From Priapulus caudatus (Eukaryota), in NCBI RefSeq assembly GCF_000485595.1, contig NW_014577066.1, positions 84,973 through 146,975 on the forward strand: a DNA stretch of 62,003 nucleotides, read 5' to 3'. A program made the translations under genes and the position numbers. The notes beneath the pieces were generated by a model. That model was not told the DNA's origin. It searched no databases and saw nothing but the letters and a program-made list of their open reading frames with translations. This document shows, piece after piece, positions 51,188-62,003 of this stretch. The first letter of the stretch is position 1. Each line of letters opens with the position of its first letter.

Positions 51188-51694
51188 TGTGTGCGCGTGC
51201 GTGCGGGAAAAAATGAGGGCAAAAGAAAGGAAGGAGATAGATGGGGCTTTCTGTATGTTCGGAGCCCAGTTGAGATTATTTTGCCTTTTCTACGCGAGCC
51301 TTCGGGGAGTCGAGTGTTGCTAAGTGTCGAGAATTTGATATGTCGACAGTTGCGCGCACACGCGTTTAGCGTAGCTTTTGTCGCGGCATTCGTGTTTGCG
51401 GGCCACTTTTCCGAATTTGTGCGATCGTCGAATGATACTCGTTTTGTAATTCGCCGCGTCTCGGATTTGCCTCTGCAGTCGCGAGCGCGAGAGCGCGTGT
51501 TCGAACGACCTTATAACACGGATGAGCCGTCTTAGCCAATTTTTCCAACGTCCTCGCGTTCTTGTCGCGCAAATTGTCATTGTCGCTTTGCGAAAAGTTT
51601 GTGTGTATTTCGTCTGCGATCGCGATTACTCGAGACCAAAGGCAATTGTCGCGCTATTGAGTATCTAATATGGACATCTCGATGCTTTTCTCCT

Positions 51695-55239
<3,545 letters not shown>

Positions 55240-55249
55240 NNNNNNNNNN

Positions 55250-55322
<73 letters not shown>

Positions 55323-55560
55323 CGCTCTCTTACTCTTTTGCCATTTCTTTCCCATTCAGTTCAGATCTGCCATCACGTCCATGTGTTTATCCTGTATTTG
55401 TTATTACCCTGTATTCAGCAATATAGAATTATATATGCGATAGGTATACATCTCAGGACAATACTGTCGCATTTTCAATAGCTGTGTTTATGTGTACTTC
55501 CCCCTACGAGCAGTGGAGCTTCCTACCCATTATGTCGTGCACATAAATGCCATCTCACTT

Positions 55561-56090
55561 GTGGTGGACGTTCATGCAGTGTCTCCTATGTGTGGTGGAC
55601 GTTCATGCAGTGTCTCCTATGTGTGGTGGACGTTCATGCAGTGTCTCCTATGTGTGGTGGACGTTCATGCAGTGTCTCCTATGTGTGGTGGACGTTCATG
55701 CAGTGTCTCCTATGTGTGGTGGACGTTCATGCAGTGTCTCCTATGTGTGGTGGACGTTCATGCAGTGTCTCCTATGTGTGGTGGACGTTCATGCGGTGTC
55801 TCCTATGTGTGGTGGACGTTCATGCAGTGTCTCCTATGTGGGGTAGACGTTTATGCAGTGTCTCCTATGTGTGGTAGACGTTCATGCAGTTTCTCCTATG
55901 TGTGGTAGACGTTTATGCAGTGCCACCTATGTGTGGTAGACGTTTATGCAGTGTCTCCTATGTGTGGTAGACGTTTATGCAGTGTCTCCTATGTGTGGTA
56001 GACGTTTATGCAGTGCCACCTATGTGTGGTGGACGTATATGCAGTGCCACCTATGTGTGGTAGTCGTACACGCAGTGCCTCCCGTGTGTG
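55561..56090. repeat. 31-bp minisatellite, ~16-17 copies
   Basis: gtggtggacgttcatgcagtgtctcctatgt in head-to-tail copies with no spacers, diverging toward the right end. Confidence 0.97.
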
Positions 56091-57093
56091 TTCCTGGGTG
56101 CTTCTCTTTCAAGTTGTCTTTCTCTCAAGGCGTTTTTCAAGTTCGAGTCTGTTACACTCTAGTTCATGTTTTTCGTCTCGTCGGGTTGTGAGTCATTGTC
56201 TGTGTCGGCGTGAGTTGTGAGAGCTGTGAGAGTCGGTGGTTAGCTTTACACGCGTGGCAGCGCGATGACCCCGCGGGCCGCCATTAGCTCGTCGACGGAC
56301 ACGCAGCGACAGTTCCTAGACATTGAACTCGCGTAGTAAGGCTAGTGGCATAGTAGAGAGCTATAAGGCGTAGTATAGAGAGCTAGTGGGTGTATCGAGC
56401 AGCACACGCCGTGGATCGTCTTTAAGCTCGACTGTCTGTGATCGGTCAGCGTCCGCCTCAGCGCCCTCTGTCCGTATCGCATAGCCGCCGCCCCCCATCC
56501 ACGAGCTGATCGTCGTGACAAGGTAGGGTGGATGGTAGGTTGGCGCGTAAACAGCACTGACATGCGTCGATGCATGTGGTTAGATCAGCACGACTCGGTC
56601 CGACGCCGGCCGGAGCGCGCGTGGGGGGAAGGGAGATTTCGACGTTCTAGCTCGTCGTCTAGGTCGACTTACTTAAGTAGGGAAGCGGGGCCGGGGAAGA
56701 CTGCGTTTTAGTGAACGTGGTGCGTGTTTGCTCGTGAGTACGCGACGGTCCCGTTCGAGGGGATTCGTGGTTGGGAGGGAGGGGATCAAGAGACGAAAAG
56801 AAACTTGTGGGTGGCATACATGGGCGGGAGGTGGTTTTGGGTGGGAAGCTGCCGGCTTCTGGGCGTGGGGAAATATAGTAAGGGGATTTAAAGATGGGTT
56901 TAAACTTTGCAGGAGAAGGTTATTAGAACACATTTGGAGGTTGGGTAGAAGAGATCAAAGGAGTTGGGGGGTGGGCAAAAGGAGGTGGTTTGGGGAGCAC
57001 GAGGACGACGAGGAAGAGGCTGTATCGGTGGGTAATTAAGGGGGTCGACGCCGACGCGGCCGTGTCTAATGTTCATTGTTGTGTGCATTGCAG

Positions 57094-57166
57094 CATTCTG
57101 ACCGTGGGAGCGGATCTGGATACCGCCTGCGACGTGATGCTGGACATCATCCCGATGCTCGAGGAT
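57094..57166 (+). CDS. HNRNPK: hnRNP K exon, end of KH1, 73 nt (phase 2 to 0): ILTVGADLDTACDVMLDIIPMLED
   Basis: gcattgcag acceptor and gtaagt donor. Matches human [24 protein letters not shown]. Confidence 0.95.
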
Positions 57167-57184
57167 GTAAGTAGCATCGCGTGC

Positions 57185-57915
57185 TCACCGCTCCACCAAC
57201 CCCCACCCCACCCCCACATAGTCTGACATTACCAGCTCACCGCTCCACCAACCCCCACCCCACCCCACTTCATAGTCTGACATTACCAGCTCACTGCACC
57301 ACCAACCCCCACCCACCCCACTTCATAGTCTGACATTACCAGCTCACTGCTCCACCAACCCCCATCCCACCCGCACTTCATAGAATGACATTACTAGCTC
57401 ACCGCTCCACCAACCTCCATCCCACCCCACTTCATAGTCTGACATTACCAGCTCACTGCACCACCAACCCCCACCCCACCCCCACTTCATAGTCTGACAT
57501 TACCAGCTCACTGCACCACCAACCCCTACCCCACTCCCACTTCATAGTCTGACATTACCAGCTCACTGCACCACCAACCCCTACCCCACTCCCACTTCAT
57601 AGTCTGACATTACCAGCTCACTGCTCCACCAACCCCCATCCCACCCGCACTTCATAGTCTGACATTACCAGCTCACTGCTCCACCAACCCCCACCCACCT
57701 CTACTGCATAGTCTGCCGTTACCAGCTCACTGCACCACCAACCCCCATCCCACCCCCACTTCATAGTCAGACATTACCAGCTCACTGCTCCACCAACCCC
57801 ATCCCACCCCCACTTCATAGTCAGACATTACCAGCTCACTGCTCCACCAACCCCCATCCCACCCACACTTCATAGTCAGACATTACCAGGTCACTGCACC
57901 ACCAACCCCCACCCC
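57185..57915. repeat. ~55-60 bp C-rich minisatellite, ~12 copies
   Basis: accagctcactgc(a/t)ccaccaacccccaccccacccccacttcatagtctgacatt is repeated. Confidence 0.97.
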
Positions 57916-58319
57916 CAAGTAACAGTCTGATATCTGCTTACTGCACCATCACCTCATCATGGTCTACACGAGATGACATTAGGATGTTGTTTCAGAAGTT
58001 TTTTTCAGGAAGCTAGCTGGCAGTGGGTGCCCGGAGCGGGGGTGTTATTGCATTCTCCGAATTGTTATCTTTGTGTGAAGCCTCGAGACCTCGCTGTTCT
58101 TCATTTCTTATGCTACGTGTCTCTTAGCCGCTCTGTATTTTCTCCTCATTACTGTCTTTGTTCTGTCTCCCTCTCCCTCATCCTCTTCTTCTCCCTCTCC
58201 GTCTCCCTTTCTCTGTCTATCTATCTCTCCCCCTTCTTCCCCCTCTCCCTCTCTCTCCCACTCCATTTACCTCTCCCTTTCTTCTCATGATTAATGGTTG
58301 CCGATCTCCACACTTGCAG

Positions 58320-58433
58320 TACCAGCAGTACAAGGACTCGGACTTTGAGGCTGACATCCGCATGCTCGTACACCAAAGCCAGGCAGGCGGTATCATCGGC
58401 CGCGCCGGCTACAAGATCAAGGAGCTGAGAGAG
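58320..58433 (+). CDS. HNRNPK: hnRNP K exon, first half of KH2, 114 nt: [38 protein letters not shown]
   Basis: cacttgcag acceptor and gtgagt donor. Matches human [38 protein letters not shown]. Confidence 0.97.
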
Positions 58434-59229
58434 GTGAGTCACCAGGGGGCGTTGTCAGGGTGGCCGTGGTGGTGGGGGGGGGGGCGTCAATGCAACGTTG
58501 GTCTAACTAGTGTTGCAAGGTGGTAGTCACGATAAAGGTATGATCTGTTCCGAGAACAACGGCTTCTAAACGAATAGATGGGAAGCTTGCAGTAATTGCT
58601 GGTCCACACGTGTATGTGATAGCTTTCCCTTCCCGCACACTACAGGGGGAGTGTGGCATTGTACTGGCATGAGGTGAAACCGCAGTTTACTCTGTGGATC
58701 ACGTAGTAATAGGGTGCACTACTCGTTGTGGCATACGTAACTTGGATGATCGGTTGCTGGGGAGTAAGAGCCAGCTAACTGACTATATTAGCTGGTCAAC
58801 TGATTAGACTAGCCAGCTAACTGACTATATTAGCTGGTGAGAGTGTGAGACACAGATAGAGAGAGCATATTGGTACTGGTGGAAGTAATTCCACTCTTAG
58901 CAGGTGTGCGGCAGCACGGTCGTAAGGAAAAACCGTCCGGCCTTACGTGCGCATAACCACCACCACCTACCTACCAGTACCAATCTGACATTTCTCGCTC
59001 ACTAATGTCGTTCTATTTCAGGCGTTCCCCCGTTTAGAGCATTTGGCACCCGCGGTCACACCAACACGTAGACGTGTGTCCCGCGGAGAAGCTGCGACCG
59101 GCACGGTGACCCCTGTCTGACCTCACGGTGGCGCCCCCTCTCGGCGCTCTCTGGCGATGATTGTTTGTACTTGGGAGATGTAATCACTGGGCAGTTATCA
59201 GCGATGAGGTTTAGTGGAGTGGGTAGCTG

Positions 59230-59274
<45 letters not shown>

Positions 59275-59879
59275 CAATATTTTGTGATGGGCAAAGATTA
59301 GCACAGGAGAGCAGTTAGAATTGTGCCTACTTCTCATCCAAATATTTTTCCAGCATATCTCCTTATCTTGTTCAGCATATCTTATTAAGGTATCTCAGAT
59401 TTGTCATTTAGCACATTTTCGGATATGATGCAGCATACCTCACGCAGGTATCTCAGTCTTTATTTCACTTAGCATACCTCATTCTTATCTCATTCACGTA
59501 TTTCATTATTTATTATAATTTATAGTAATCCAATGCCATTCTTATCTTATTCAGTATATCTCGTGCACGTTTCACATTATCTGACGCAGATTTGTCTTTC
59601 TTTTCTTAACCAACTTTTTATAATTAACATTTGTCACATATCACAATATCTTATTAATATTTGTCATTCTTACCTGATTCAGGATAGCTCATTCACATAT
59701 CTCATTCATGGATCCCAATCATATCTCATTCAGCAATATTTAATCAGCATATCTTGTTCAGCTGACGCATAGCTATGGCATTCAGTGTATTTCATGTGAG
59801 GTCATAATTGGATTAAATAAGCTAATCACTAGGATGCAGTCACAAGCCAAGGTGTTAATTAGTGTCACTGTGAATAATC

Positions 59880-60370
<491 letters not shown>

Positions 60371-60754
60371 TCCTGCCAACCATGATTGTATAATGTGGCA
60401 GCTATGCAGCAGTAAGCTGGGTTAATTAATGCCAATCATTCCAATTAGCCAGCCAGGCGCTTCGCGTAGCGAGAGCGAGCGAGCTGTTGAGAGTAGTTGC
60501 CACAGGAGGTCGCCACCGGTCGCCGCTTCTCGCCGCCATCGTGTGTGTGTGCGCGCGCATGTGAATTTTACAGCATGTTTCACTTGGTGCCTTTTGCTAT
60601 TTTCTTCCCTCCCGGGGTCTTGGCCCATGCCCGGCCAAATGAATGACCACACATGGCCGCCGTCCACGACGCGGGCCCCGCCACCCACAATGAATGGCCC
60701 GACCCCCCTGGTCCGATGCCCGGCCCAACGAACACGCAACGGCTCCGCCCACAG

Positions 60755-60798
60755 TACAAAGCCGCCGTTACCGTCCCCGACAGCCAAGGCCCAGAACG
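60755..60798 (+). CDS. HNRNPK: hnRNP K KH1 exon, 44 nt (phase 0 to 2): YKAAVTVPDSQGPER, out of collinear order
   Basis: cgcccacag|TACAAAGCCGCCGTTACCGTCCCCGACAGCCAAGGCCCAGAACG|gtatga. Matches human YNASVSVPDSSGPER, and its phases exactly bridge 50829 and 57094 (CG|C = Arg). Confidence 0.93.
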
Positions 60799-61134
60799 GT
60801 ATGATCTCCCTAGTTAGTTTTCGTTGCTCGGCTCGTTCTTTATAAACAGCCGCTGTTTACTTATCGATGCATTCTCGTGACTGTCAGTGCGCGTGTGCGC
60901 GTGCGCGTGTGTTGCGACGACTACGACGACGACGACGACGACCCGTACGGTCTCGCCGCGTAGTAGCTCGTTAAGAGTATCACAGTAACGAGAGCTTGAT
61001 GCTTGCACGGCCGGGTGAGTGCGCGAGGGGCAAGTATACGCAGTCCGCGGCGCTGATCGTTGTCCGTGTTCTCCGGGAAATCGCGCTGCCGGGGTAGATA
61101 TGAAGAGGGTGAATAGCACCTGCATATGCGTGTG

Positions 61135-61166
<32 letters not shown>

Positions 61167-61734
61167 TGTGTGCGTGCGTGTTTGTATGTGAGCGCCTCGT
61201 TTGTCCTCGCCTCTGCGTTCGGCTGCGTGGCGTATGCGCGCTGCATGATGCAGCGATGATGAGGCTTATTGTGTGTTCGTGTGTACGCAGTGCTCTATAC
61301 ACATGCGCAGCGTGCGGTGTTGTTGCAAAATATTGTGTCGTGGAAGAGAGGAGAAAAATGCCATCAAAATATTGCGCAGTTTGATCGCCAGCTTGCCTGG
61401 CTTAGCGTCGTCAGTCTTGTTTGCCTGCAGTTCGTTGTTGCGTGCGTGCGTGCGTGCGTGTGTGTTTGTGTGCGTGCGTGTCCCTGCGTGTGCGCGTATT
61501 AGTAGGCTCACGTACGTTCAGCGTATTCTTTGCGGATTTCACTCCCGTCTCGTCTTGGTTTTTCACTTAATGGCTTCGTTGTTGTTTCGCTGTTATCTCG
61601 GATTGCAGTTATGGATTTTTGCTCTGGTACCTGCTCGTGTCGCCAGCTTGCCATCGCCCCCCCTCAACTCACGTCGTCGTCCCCTCCCCCACTATCTAGA
61701 CTATCTCAACCATATCACTATCACCACATACACC

Positions 61735-62003
61735 TATCATCCCACCACCCTATTCGTCCTCTCCCACCACCCTCATCATCTCCTCCAATCATCCTCCTCG
61801 TCCCCTCCCACCACCCTCCTCATCCCCTCCCACCACCCTCCTCATCCCCTCCCACCATCCTCCTCATCTCCTCCAATCATCCTCCTCATCCCCTCCCACC
61901 ACCCTCCTCATCCCCTCCCACCACCCTCCTCATCTCCTCCAATCATCCTTCTCATCCCCTCCCACCACCCTCCTCATCTCCTCCAATCGTCCTCCTCATC
62001 CCC
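61735..62003. repeat. ~22-bp C-rich minisatellite ccaccctcctcatcccctccca
   Basis: Tandem copies running to the window end. Confidence 0.92.

Noticed and set aside
55561..56090. 31-bp repeat array of CRISPR-like length
   Set aside because: Units are head-to-tail with no unique spacers, there are no cas genes, and it lies in a eukaryotic intron. It is a minisatellite.
59022..59150. Acceptor-like ttctatttcag as the next KH2 exon
   Set aside because: The translation (AFPRLEHLAP...) does not resemble the expected T.IK....CP.ST.RVV peptide. That exon is outside the window or in a gap.
60429..60845. 138-aa Pro-rich ORF
   Set aside because: It overlaps the real 44-nt hnRNP K exon in a different frame, and the remainder has no recognisable homology.

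Overview
Repeat-rich, gapped eukaryotic genomic DNA, most likely from an invertebrate animal. It has spliceosomal GT-AG introns and many (GCGT)n, (CT)n, (CAG)n and (AT)n microsatellites, minisatellites and MITEs. Almost all ORFs in the track are repeat or gap read-throughs. The real gene is the 5' half of hnRNP K on the + strand, reconstructed by hand as MASQE|DYGYGDDGGSEYR|G(K)RSFDDEG..DGGQTKRPRRDSPQVDLRVLLQS(K)|[96 protein letters not shown], covering the N-terminus, KH1 and the first half of KH2. The most striking observation is that the 44-nt KH1 exon (60755-60798) lies downstream of the two exons it must precede. Contig mis-ordering between 10-N gaps is the likeliest cause, but it needs testing. 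Upstream there are phase-compatible exon candidates of a possible Calx-beta-like protein (9.5-12.4 kb). Several multi-kb direct and inverted duplications are present, often with one indel-noisy copy, which suggests long-read gap-filling or scaffolding artefacts. There are also several small non-autonomous DNA transposons, including a 39-bp TIR-only element with a 7-bp TSD. No prokaryotic system, CRISPR array, rRNA or tRNA was seen. I cannot support a claim of a wholly new biological system.
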